Below are positions 35,336-43,617 of a stretch of DNA of 64,000 nucleotides, in pieces. The notes below the pieces were generated by a model. That model worked only from the letters and a program-made list of their open reading frames with translations. It had not been told where the DNA came from and searched no databases. Made by a program: the position numbers and the translations under genes. The first letter of the stretch is position 1, and the number at the start of each line of letters is the position of its first letter. This stretch comes from a virus (lineage: Duplodnaviria > Caudoviricetes), in IMG/VR virus record IMGVR_UViG_3300024245_000001, positions 5,907 through 69,906 of that record, one strand, 5' to 3'.

Positions 35336-35671
35336 AACTATATGTCTGCCTGGAGGAGCCACCGGGGCGACCCACGGCGTGTGGAACCGGTGCACTTCTC
35401 CAGGTGAACCGTTCTCGACGACGTGAGAGAGCGGGAACACCCACACATCAATTCCGTTCTCATCTACGAACCTTCTATTCAGCTCTCCATTACATTCGCG
35501 CAAGGTCTTTGCCGTCCATACCGCAAAAAACTTTTCGCCCGGCTTCACGACGTTCGGTTCCATGTGGAAATCGGAGGTCTCGACACACGGATCATTCCTA
35601 AGCATGTAACAGACGACCCCGAACACGAGCCCACCGATTAGAAATGAAATGAGAAACGGCCTCGGACGCAT
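35243..35671 (-). CDS. Membrane-anchored exported protein
   Basis: N-terminal TM (FLISFLIGGLVFGVVCYML) after the reassigned start. Confidence 0.55.
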   Translation of the reverse strand: MRPRPFLISFLIGGLVFGVVCYMLRNDPCVETSDFHMEPNVVKPGEKFFAVWTAKTLRECNGELNRRFVDENGIDVWVFPLSHVVENGSPGEVHRFHTPWVAPVAPPGRHIVLRKDIRRWGNWLQKWLPMRETQEAGFTMAE

Positions 35672-35940
35672 TACTGACCCCTTATCCATTCGATTATCTT
35701 GGAAAAACCTTGACTCACCGCTGCGACCGCCGGAGCGGCCAGAAGGAACATTCCGAGCAATTTGAGAAGCCATTTGTTTCGGCGGCGTTCCTCCAGCACT
35801 GTATTAAGCTGCTCTGCGGGGCCGTCCTTTCTGAAGAATAATCTTATTTGCGCCCGTTCGTCCGCATTGAATCTTTCGGACATTTGCTCTCGGTTGAAGT
35901 CCTCGAACAACTTTTTCAGGTCATCTTCATTTTTGGTCAC
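35671..35940 (-). CDS. Small membrane protein (holin-like)
   Basis: Coiled coil followed by one TM segment. Confidence 0.45.
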   Translation of the reverse strand: MTKNEDDLKKLFEDFNREQMSERFNADERAQIRLFFRKDGPAEQLNTVLEERRRNKWLLKLLGMFLLAAPAVAAVSQGFSKIIEWIRGQ

Positions 35941-35984
35941 TTCCCGGCTCTTGAATTGGTCGCTCTTGTTTTTCTCTCGGCGCT

Positions 35985-36500
35985 TCAGTGCCTCGTCACC
36001 AACACGTAGATAACCGTAATGATGGCCGCGATGGACGCCGCGGCGGAGAAAATCTGCATCACGTCGACGCGGCCCCTGAGCGTCTCGACGCGGTCGATGC
36101 GGCCCTTGATGTCGGAGAACTTCTCGTCATCGTTCTTTACCATGCTGGAGAGGAGGACCTGCATCTGGTCGAACAGCTTGGTGTAGGTGGTGTCCATCTT
36201 CCCGATCGTCGTGTTGATGTACTCGGTCGTGAGTTGTCCCAACTCCTTCTGCCCCTGCAGGGCGAGGGCGGTCTGCTTGTCCCGCTCGCCGAACTGTATC
36301 TGTATCCGCTCGAAGTGCCCTTGGTCCACCTGCCTGATGGAGTTGATGTGCTCGTTGATGGCCTTGAGGTCGGACTGTATCCGCATCTCGAGGTTGCGTA
36401 TCTCCCGGTCCAGCTGCGCCGTCGTCAGGAGCGTGGGGTCGGGGATGGGCACCAACCGCCCCCCCTCCATATGCCCGCGCCTGTCGTCGCCCTCAGCCAT
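35985..36500 (-). CDS. Coiled-coil protein with C-terminal TM (holin/XhlA-like topology)
   Basis: GGAG-like RBS; C-terminal hydrophobic helix. Confidence 0.5.
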   Translation of the reverse strand: MAEGDDRRGHMEGGRLVPIPDPTLLTTAQLDREIRNLEMRIQSDLKAINEHINSIRQVDQGHFERIQIQFGERDKQTALALQGQKELGQLTTEYINTTIGKMDTTYTKLFDQMQVLLSSMVKNDDEKFSDIKGRIDRVETLRGRVDVMQIFSAAASIAAIITVIYVLVTRH

Positions 36501-36678
36501 CGTTCGGGTCCGGGGCATCGTCTATTAGTGTCTGCGTCCGATGGAATGCGAGACAGGCGTTCATCGCCCCCGCCCATGCAATCGTGTATTGCAGCTTGAC
36601 ATTGGCATCCTTCCCCGCCGCCTCCTGGAAAGCGGCGAGGGCTGCCTGCCAAGCTTTGAGGTCTGGTATCTCATCCAC
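36493..36678 (-). CDS. Hypothetical protein
   Basis: Operonic overlaps. Confidence 0.45.
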   Translation of the reverse strand: MDEIPDLKAWQAALAAFQEAAGKDANVKLQYTIAWAGAMNACLAFHRTQTLIDDAPDPNDG

Positions 36679-36819
36679 CGAACACCGAGAACACCAGCCA
36701 GAAGGCGACCATGATGACGAACGTGGCCCCGAACGCGATCAGGAACCGACGCGGGGCACCACGCATATCATGCGTCCAACGGTGCCGCAGAGTCAGCAAT
36801 CTCTCATATTCGCTACGTC

Positions 36820-37041
36820 TCATCGAACGCTTCCGAACGTCGGAACGTGTATCCCGGCCATACCGAGCAGTACGGTGATGACGTAGAGCACGATCACGGC
36901 CACCAGCAAGATAATCAGCACCCGCAGAATAGTCGTGAACGGTTCCGACATCGGGATCAGCGGCAGAAGCAGATTCACACAATACCATACCACACCGAGG
37001 AATATGACTAGCAGGATGAGGCCGATGACTGCTCCGATCAT
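36820..37041 (-). CDS. Two-TM small membrane protein
   Basis: Almost entirely hydrophobic; AAGGAG RBS. Confidence 0.7.
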   Translation of the reverse strand: MIGAVIGLILLVIFLGVVWYCVNLLLPLIPMSEPFTTILRVLIILLVAVIVLYVITVLLGMAGIHVPTFGSVR

Positions 37042-37161
37042 TGTCGTTCTCCTTTTTCAAAAAGCAGCCCCGGCCGTTGAGGAAGCCGGGGCCGCTACGC
37101 CTGACGGCTGCACGGGGCACAGGAGGGTGTGGGGGTTGTGCTTCCCGTCAGGGCGTGTCCA

Positions 37162-37485
37162 TCAAGTGGGCGTAGCAACTACGGCCGCCGCAAGCTTGGC
37201 AGCTCGCGAGGCCAACTCGGTTGACACCGCATCGATACGTGCGAGCACCGTGGGATCGGTCACGCCAGCCTTCAGGTCGGCAATCATGGAGGCGAGCCGA
37301 GTGAATGCAGCCTCTGCCGCATCTTCGGAATCATCGATAGCTTTGGTGTTCTTTTCAAGAGCGTCGAGTTGGTCGGTAAGCTGAGACATGATTGTATCTT
37401 CCTCTTTTTTGACCGCTTGTAGCAGTCGATGGATAGCATCGAGTTTGGTATTCAGTGCCGTGAGATCAGCTTGCCAGACCCACAT
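37162..37485 (-). CDS. Helical hypothetical protein
   Basis: Start reassigned; an internal ATG with AGGAAG RBS is also possible. Confidence 0.5.
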   Translation of the reverse strand: MWVWQADLTALNTKLDAIHRLLQAVKKEEDTIMSQLTDQLDALEKNTKAIDDSEDAAEAAFTRLASMIADLKAGVTDPTVLARIDAVSTELASRAAKLAAAVVATPT

Positions 37486-37675
37486 AATCGGCGCCCCAAT
37501 CTCACTGCTTGCTGTTTGTAAGAAGCTTGTAGATGGCCCAAAAGAAGTAGAATGGCCGCTTCCACCAGGGCAATTTGTTTTGTTCGGCCATTCTAGCCTC
37601 CACTTGGGCTCCTGCCAGGGTCCATCGTGACCAAACCTTTTAAGCCTGGCCCAAGCCCTACGCAAGAAATTGCGA

Positions 37676-37930
37676 TCACCAGCAGACATACCTGCCTTTT
37701 CTCCACCCGCAGTTCGTAGGACCTTTCGGTGCAGGCGGCGGGGCTACCAGCACTGGCCCCGTGCAGATCAGGTTGTCACCATAGCGGTGGCAAGTCGGAG
37801 GGTCCGCCGGCTTGGACGGGATCGGGCAAGACCAAACATTGTCCTGCAACTGATTGCAGTCCGTATCGTCCTGCGCGAAGGCTGGAGCACAGAACGATAC
37901 AATCGCCACAAGGGCCAAGATCGTCTTCAT
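37676..37930 (-). CDS. Small secreted Cys/Pro-rich protein
   Basis: Signal peptide MKTILALVAIVSFCAPAFA-Q. Confidence 0.6.
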   Translation of the reverse strand: MKTILALVAIVSFCAPAFAQDDTDCNQLQDNVWSCPIPSKPADPPTCHRYGDNLICTGPVLVAPPPAPKGPTNCGWRKGRYVCW

Positions 37931-38130
37931 TGCTTGATCCTCTTTGCCACGACTTCATCGACGGCCTGCTTCATGGCAGCCTTGTGGTCGATCGGAGCAG
38001 CACCCTGCGCCGACGTTTTCTGCTGGAACAACGCTTCGATGTCCTTCAAAAGCGCCGCCATTGCAGGGTTTGTCAGGAGAGAAAAAAGTAGAGTTACCCA
38101 ATTCATGGTCGATCTCCTTGTGTTATCGCC

Positions 38131-38511
38131 TCATTGAGACGGTGGGTGGGACGTAGGCAGGCGGGCCACGACGACCGATGGTACGGTGGGGTCCATGGCG
38201 AGCTTCTGGAGTTCGGGTGCCGCGGCCGGTGTGACCTCGATCGGCTTGATCTGCGGGTTGGCTCCCGTTGCGAGTTGAGCGGCCGCGGCCAACTTTCCTG
38301 CATCAGAATGGATGAACCTATCCCGGATCACAGGAACAAGCATCATGGCGATGCCGGCATAGAATTGAATCGCCTCTGGCCCCGCAACAACGGATGCAAT
38401 ATCCGGGCTTATAGTGACACCTCTCGTTGCAAGGCCAGAGCCGATCCACTTCGAGGCAGTCCCCAGATAGCTAATCATCTGGTCCTTAGTAGGATAGAGA
38501 AAACTCAGCAT
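38131..38511 (-). CDS. Holin-like membrane protein
   Basis: Hydrophobic segments; G..L..RG, FI.S..GK. Confidence 0.45.
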   Translation of the reverse strand: MLSFLYPTKDQMISYLGTASKWIGSGLATRGVTISPDIASVVAGPEAIQFYAGIAMMLVPVIRDRFIHSDAGKLAAAAQLATGANPQIKPIEVTPAAAPELQKLAMDPTVPSVVVARLPTSHPPSQ

Positions 38512-38636
38512 TTCCGGTTTCCTTTGTTAGGAGAAAATCCACGCGATTACGCTGGCCACTACGGCCAAGGCGAAGAACGCGAACAGCCCGCCGATCGCGA
38601 GAATGGGGATTATGCCGTTCTGAGGAGCGAGGCCCA

Positions 38637-39200
38637 TCACACACCCCCGACCGGCACGAAACAGCGGATGTAGTAGCGCTGTGCCGGTTCCTCATACTGA
38701 GCGCCATAGTCGTGATACCAGACGACGGCCTCCTCATAAGGATTGCCAGCGTCGTACACCACCGCATCAGGCGAGACCTGAATCCATGGATTGTCGGGGT
38801 TATCGACGTTTAGTGGGACAAAGAAATGTCCCTCGCTGTCGACTTTGAACGCTGTCTTATGCCCATCCGCGATGTCGCAACACGGCACGCCGTTCTTGCT
38901 CTTGACCGACTTGAACCACTCCCGCGTCGTCGGGTCAATGTTATCGAATTGTCCAGCGAATTGCTCCCGCACCCACATCAGAATCGTACCGTCATCCAAC
39001 TCGACGCGGGTCTGACGGCATTCCCCGCCGACAGGACAGGATTGCCAACGCCAGATCTCCTTCTGAAGCAATTTTGTAAAGTCTTCGCCCAGTTCTTGCG
39101 CATGCGCCCGCATGCCCAGCGCCAGCAGGAACGCAGCAATCGTCACCGCGAGGATGACAAGCAGACCGGCGAATGTTACGGGATCGATTCGGTATTTCAT
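38637..39200 (-). CDS. Exported Cys-containing protein
   Basis: N-terminal signal/anchor ending AHA-Q; PCCDIADGH; terminal YIRCFVP.GG. Confidence 0.6.
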   Translation of the reverse strand: MKYRIDPVTFAGLLVILAVTIAAFLLALGMRAHAQELGEDFTKLLQKEIWRWQSCPVGGECRQTRVELDDGTILMWVREQFAGQFDNIDPTTREWFKSVKSKNGVPCCDIADGHKTAFKVDSEGHFFVPLNVDNPDNPWIQVSPDAVVYDAGNPYEEAVVWYHDYGAQYEEPAQRYYIRCFVPVGGV

Positions 39201-39222
39201 GCCATATCTCCAGCCCACTTGT

Positions 39223-39477
39223 TCATGGCTGGGTCTCCGGGTGGGCTTCGGTCTTCGGCAATTTCGCCTCAGCTTCAGCGAGGCGTTTCTTCAGATCCGC
39301 GATCTCGGCGAGGAACTGCGTCGCATAGGCCTGCGCCTGCTCGCTGTCGGAGAGGAAGCGGGATCGCTGGGCCTGGCAGACGCCGAGCTGGATGGTGGGG
39401 TCGAGGGGAGGAAGTGGTTGCTGGGCCATGGCGGAGGGAACGTTCAGAATGAAAAACAAAAGGACGAGGCGAGCCAT
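39223..39477 (-). CDS. Small secreted coiled-coil protein
   Basis: Signal peptide MARLVLLFFILNVPSAMA-Q. Confidence 0.55.
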   Translation of the reverse strand: MARLVLLFFILNVPSAMAQQPLPPLDPTIQLGVCQAQRSRFLSDSEQAQAYATQFLAEIADLKKRLAEAEAKLPKTEAHPETQP

Positions 39478-39490
39478 CGGGGGGTGTCCC

Positions 39491-41182
39491 TCACAAGCAT
39501 GTGTAGCCGTAATTGGCGCCTGCCAAAGTTCCCGTTATGACGAACTGAGCAGTGGTAACAGATGACACATACGCCCCAGTTGTGCCGATAGCAGCAGCAG
39601 CGGCATTGGTCGGCTGTAGCCAGCAATTGCGTGGAGCAACCCCCCGCGTCGCAGAAAAAACAACTGTGCACGTTGCCGTAGCCGCGCCTCCAATTGTTAT
39701 GTTCCCCGATTGATCTGTACTACCTGCCACAACAGCCCCATTGGCTGCGGCTCCGCAGGCCCCATTTGCAATGGTAGGTATGCTAGCCCCAGAAGCGATC
39801 TGGTTATACGTAAAGTTAGGAACACTAAAGTTGGTTCCTCCCCCGTTAGTGACAATATTACCAGATAAGTTCCAGCCATTAGGAGAACCAACAAAAGGAT
39901 TTGTAGCCGCAGTAGGAGTTGTTGAAAATACTACATTTCCAATTGCTACTCCAACAGACAGAGTTCCATTTTGTATTTTGAACTGCGGGGTTTTAGGAGC
40001 TGACACACCATCAATAGTGTTATTAATTAAAGTAAGAACACCAGAATTTGCATAATTTACAACTAAGTTATCAGCATTAAGACCATTCGCAGCCCAACGA
40101 CACCCCTGAATTGTTATCGGCCAAGGGCTAGAAGTAGCATTGGGTTGCTGCAAAAGTCTGTTTGAATTTTCAAAATTACAACCGATGATGACAATCGAAT
40201 CGTCAGCACTCCCAAGATCGAAGTCAGCAACCGTATTACTTCCCCCCGCGCCTCCAAACCACCTAAAACTACCAGAATTGTTAGGCCCGCTAGCCGCCTG
40301 AGTCGTACAGACGCCTCGCTGACCAGTTACGAATTGTGAATTAATAAACGTGTGCGTCTTCGATTGACCGTGTTCAATGCTGAAAGCGCAATTAACGTAG
40401 TTAATAACGCTGACTGAATCAATATAGTTAAGATCGTTATTCGCGTCTGTTCCAGACCCCCCACAATCATTGCCAGTACACCACTGCATGCCCTTTGTAA
40501 GGCCATTTCCACTGGTCCCATTCATTGAAATCTTATAAAAATTGTTGGCCGTATTACTTAAACCTGTCACAGTCTCAGAGCGGATTGCAACCGCGAGGGG
40601 AGTAGAATTGTTAGAAAAAATACCAAACCTCTCAAAGTTTGAATCTCGAACTCCACGCAGCCTCAGAAATGGGTCCGTATTATTGCCTGCCCATATAAGA
40701 GCCGTTCCCACCAGATTAGCTACCGAAGTATTACATCCGATCATGGAAAAACCAGACACTCCAGATACCGAAGTAATATCTATGGTTCCTGATACAAAAG
40801 TGATTCCGCACGGGAGCAAAAGAACCGCCCCACTTTTAGACAATGTAATAGCTGGAATAGTCCCCCTGTCTGGCACCCCCCGAGCATCACATACCCCGCC
40901 CTCTCCAGTTATAGCAGCAACACAGGCTGATATCTTATCCCCCACGGTAGCCCCAGAAAAATTCGTAGCATAAAGAACATTAGCTGCCCCGGATGCCGTA
41001 GACGCAATAATATCCAGAAGCGTTTGTCGGCTATTAAAAGGAGTAATAAGACCCGACGAATTATCAGGCCACAAAGAGTTAACCTCTGCATTCAATTGCG
41101 TAGTGGTCTTATTAGATCCGGTTTGAGCCAGAACCATATGTGGCATAAAAACTAAAAACAGCGCAACGATAAATCTAGTCAT
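39491..41182 (-). CDS. Tailspike/depolymerase-like beta-helix protein with N-terminal signal peptide; low GC
   Basis: Pectin-lyase-like N/G/S/T/I-rich repeats after GDKISACVAA..G.GGV.DARG; N-terminus MTRFIVALFLVFMPHMVLA-Q; visibly AT-rich DNA. Confidence 0.7.
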   Translation of the reverse strand: MTRFIVALFLVFMPHMVLAQTGSNKTTTQLNAEVNSLWPDNSSGLITPFNSRQTLLDIIASTASGAANVLYATNFSGATVGDKISACVAAITGEGGVCDARGVPDRGTIPAITLSKSGAVLLLPCGITFVSGTIDITSVSGVSGFSMIGCNTSVANLVGTALIWAGNNTDPFLRLRGVRDSNFERFGIFSNNSTPLAVAIRSETVTGLSNTANNFYKISMNGTSGNGLTKGMQWCTGNDCGGSGTDANNDLNYIDSVSVINYVNCAFSIEHGQSKTHTFINSQFVTGQRGVCTTQAASGPNNSGSFRWFGGAGGSNTVADFDLGSADDSIVIIGCNFENSNRLLQQPNATSSPWPITIQGCRWAANGLNADNLVVNYANSGVLTLINNTIDGVSAPKTPQFKIQNGTLSVGVAIGNVVFSTTPTAATNPFVGSPNGWNLSGNIVTNGGGTNFSVPNFTYNQIASGASIPTIANGACGAAANGAVVAGSTDQSGNITIGGAATATCTVVFSATRGVAPRNCWLQPTNAAAAAIGTTGAYVSSVTTAQFVITGTLAGANYGYTCL

Positions 41183-41191
41183 CGGACAGCC

Positions 41192-42265
41192 TCATTTTTT
41201 TTTCAAGAACTTAATTTCTTTTTTCAGGGCGTCATTGTCAAATTTAAGCTGCTGGATTGCAGCCACTAGTAAAGGAACCATTTCATTATACTTCACGGCA
41301 CGAGGAGTAACACCATCATTCTCGTAAGTAATCCATTGACGATCAACAGAACCAATTTGCTCGGCAGTAAATCCGACGTGGAGCATTCCGTCATCCATAT
41401 TAGAATCTGAACGATACCGATATGACACAGCGTCAAACGCCAACACGTCGGCCAAAGCTCTTTCACGAGAAATCGATGCAATACCTTCCTTGAACCGCGC
41501 AGAAGACGCTGCGCACCCTGTAGCCCACACTTGAACAGTCAAAGCGGTAGACGTGCCGGGAGTATTGCACACCGCATTAGTTCCCGTAGCCGAGGCTAAA
41601 GTGGCGCTGATGCTCCCCGCGAAGGTCGCCAGTTTCGTACTATCGATCGTCAAGGCCGTCACAAAGGCGTTCTTTGCCGTGCCAGATCCACCTGCCGGAC
41701 TGACCTGGAAGATGAAACTACCGCCTGCACCGCTTCCTGTACTTTGCGATGCCTGGTGTATCCAGTTAGCACCAGCGGTGTCCATAGTTCCAGCAACGAC
41801 ACCTTGAACGCCAAATGTCTGTGCAACAGGCGCGGCTGCGTCGATGGCGCCCATATGGATTGTGGCTGCTGCGGTATTGCTCAGGATCGCCGCATTAGGC
41901 GCCATCCTGAATTCATTGACACCTACGGCAGTATTGACAATCGAAAGAGCGTTCGCGGCATTCGTCACAAAATTGAGTGTGCCATTGCCTGATGCCGACA
42001 TTCCGGCGTTACTCGTTCCCGCCGTTCCCATGTAGTACCCTTGGCCCAAGGGAACATCTATCAATCCAGACGCGCTTCGTGTAACAGAGGAATCGCATCC
42101 GACATTTCCACTTGATTGATATAGGAGGCACCCGGCTGTCCCGCCCGTGATCAGCGTGGTGCCGATAACGAGGGAGGAGCCGACCGTGTTGGTTCCGGTC
42201 GGCTGCGCCGCCGCTCCCACACAGAACCCAGCCAACAATCCAAACGCCGCAATCAGCCTTCGCAT
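41192..42265 (-). CDS. Tail-fibre-type protein with C-terminal S74 intramolecular chaperone and N-terminal signal peptide
   Basis: SSARFKEGI...Y.Y...HVGFTAEQ...VKYNEMVPLLVAAIQQL; AGGAG RBS before MRRLIAAFGLLAGFCVGAAA-Q. Confidence 0.8.
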   Translation of the reverse strand: MRRLIAAFGLLAGFCVGAAAQPTGTNTVGSSLVIGTTLITGGTAGCLLYQSSGNVGCDSSVTRSASGLIDVPLGQGYYMGTAGTSNAGMSASGNGTLNFVTNAANALSIVNTAVGVNEFRMAPNAAILSNTAAATIHMGAIDAAAPVAQTFGVQGVVAGTMDTAGANWIHQASQSTGSGAGGSFIFQVSPAGGSGTAKNAFVTALTIDSTKLATFAGSISATLASATGTNAVCNTPGTSTALTVQVWATGCAASSARFKEGIASISRERALADVLAFDAVSYRYRSDSNMDDGMLHVGFTAEQIGSVDRQWITYENDGVTPRAVKYNEMVPLLVAAIQQLKFDNDALKKEIKFLKKK

Positions 42266-42299
42266 GGCGAATCTCTCCTGTCGTTTCATCTGAATTGAA

Positions 42300-42533
42300 C
42301 TATTTCGGCCCCTGCCGTCGCAGCCGCTCCACCATCCCGAGCAACGCCGCTCCCGAGAGCGGAGCCCCGTAAGTTCCCCGCCCGAAGAACTCATCGGCCG
42401 GTATCTCGATCGAGCGCCGCCTTCCCCGTCTCCCCTCGCCCCAATAGGCCACCACCTCGATCATGGTGGGCCAGCCCTCGGAAGGCTCATGGGTGCGGGT
42501 GCGGGCGAGTTCTCCATAGCGTTCGGTCGGCAT
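42300..42533 (-). CDS. Hypothetical protein
   Basis: Plausible composition and position. Confidence 0.5.
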   Translation of the reverse strand: MPTERYGELARTRTHEPSEGWPTMIEVVAYWGEGRRGRRRSIEIPADEFFGRGTYGAPLSGAALLGMVERLRRQGPK

Positions 42534-42589
42534 AGTTTTGCCATCATTGGTTGCGCAGGCTGCGCCCCTGATTAAGAAGGGGGCAACTC

Positions 42590-42910
42590 ATGCGCGGGAT
42601 CGTTTTGATTGCAGCGATCAGCCTCGGCGGCTGCGCCGGCTCTCTTGTCGGGGATGCCATGCTCGGCCCCGAGGGGCTTGCGAGGCAGGATGACGCCTAT
42701 TGCCGTAAACTGGGGGCGCTTCCGGGATCACCTGAATATGTCCAATGCCGGCAGATCGAGACGGTGCGGCGCGACAATCGCCACGCCAGAGCAGCCGACA
42801 CCATGGCCGCCGGACTCGCCATTGCGACAACACGGCCTCCCGCCCCGCAACCGGCACCACAGCCATTGGATTGCACGCGGACGGGAAGGGATACGATGAG
42901 ATGCCAATAG
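42590..42910 (+). CDS. Lipoprotein, antisense moron
   Basis: Lipobox LGG-C at residues 12-15; AAGGGGG RBS. Confidence 0.7.
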   Translation: MRGIVLIAAISLGGCAGSLVGDAMLGPEGLARQDDAYCRKLGALPGSPEYVQCRQIETVRRDNRHARAADTMAAGLAIATTRPPAPQPAPQPLDCTRTGRDTMRCQ

Positions 42911-42911
42911 C

Positions 42912-43100
42912 TCAGGCGAAGGCCACACGTCTGGCCTTGGCCTTGATCCACCAGTCGGGCTTGGGCTTGATGGAGCCGCCGCGGGCGCGCTTGGGGATGT
43001 CCTTGTCCTGGAAGTGATAGGCACCGGCTGCGGGGAGAGCAGCGAGGCCAGCGAGGCCATACTTCTTCAGGATGTCGATCAGCTTGTCGTCGAAGCGTGG
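42912..43100 (-). pseudogene. Detached C-terminus of the large ejection protein
   Basis: PRFDDKLIDILKKYG...RARGGSI, in a frame with no convincing start, cut off by the HNH gene. Confidence 0.55.
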
Positions 43101-43112
43101 GCATGTTACTTT
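43084..43112 (+). promoter_or_regulatory. Promoter for a leaderless HNH transcript
   Basis: TTGTCG-N17-TACTTT-N7-ATG(43120). Confidence 0.5.
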
Positions 43113-43119
43113 GCCGAGC

Positions 43120-43617
43120 ATGAAAATCACCCTCACTTGTGCCTCATGCGGCAAGCCATTCACCAAGCAGCGCAGCGCCATTCGGCCAAACCAGCGAACG
43201 TTTTGCAGCCGCTCCTGCCATGTTCGCGGCCAATATATTGATGGCCTGAATGCCGCCGGATACCGGATGATCCGAGTTGATGGCCGTCAAATTTACGAAC
43301 ACCGTTGGCTTATGGAAAAAAAGCTAGGCCGGAAACTCCGCTCTACTGAGCATGTCCATCACAAGAACGGCGACAAGAGCGACAACCGATTGAGAAATCT
43401 TGAGGTGCTGACAGGACACGCGCACCAAAGGCATCACCACGCCCCGACATTCGATATTGAGCGCGCGAAGGCGCTGTATGATCAAGGCGTCGGTTATCGG
43501 AAGCTTTCAGAGATGTTCGGCGTCGCAAGGCAGAATATCCGCGGATGCTTCATGCGGCGCGGATGGCATGTCAGCGGTCGGGCGAAGGCTTCCTGCGGGA
43601 GCCGTGATAGGCGGTGA
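43120..43617 (+). CDS. HNH homing endonuclease (antisense)
   Basis: C..C...FCSRSC, IYEHRWLME..LGR.L...EHVHHKNGDKSDNR..NL. Confidence 0.9.
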   Translation: MKITLTCASCGKPFTKQRSAIRPNQRTFCSRSCHVRGQYIDGLNAAGYRMIRVDGRQIYEHRWLMEKKLGRKLRSTEHVHHKNGDKSDNRLRNLEVLTGHAHQRHHHAPTFDIERAKALYDQGVGYRKLSEMFGVARQNIRGCFMRRGWHVSGRAKASCGSRDRR

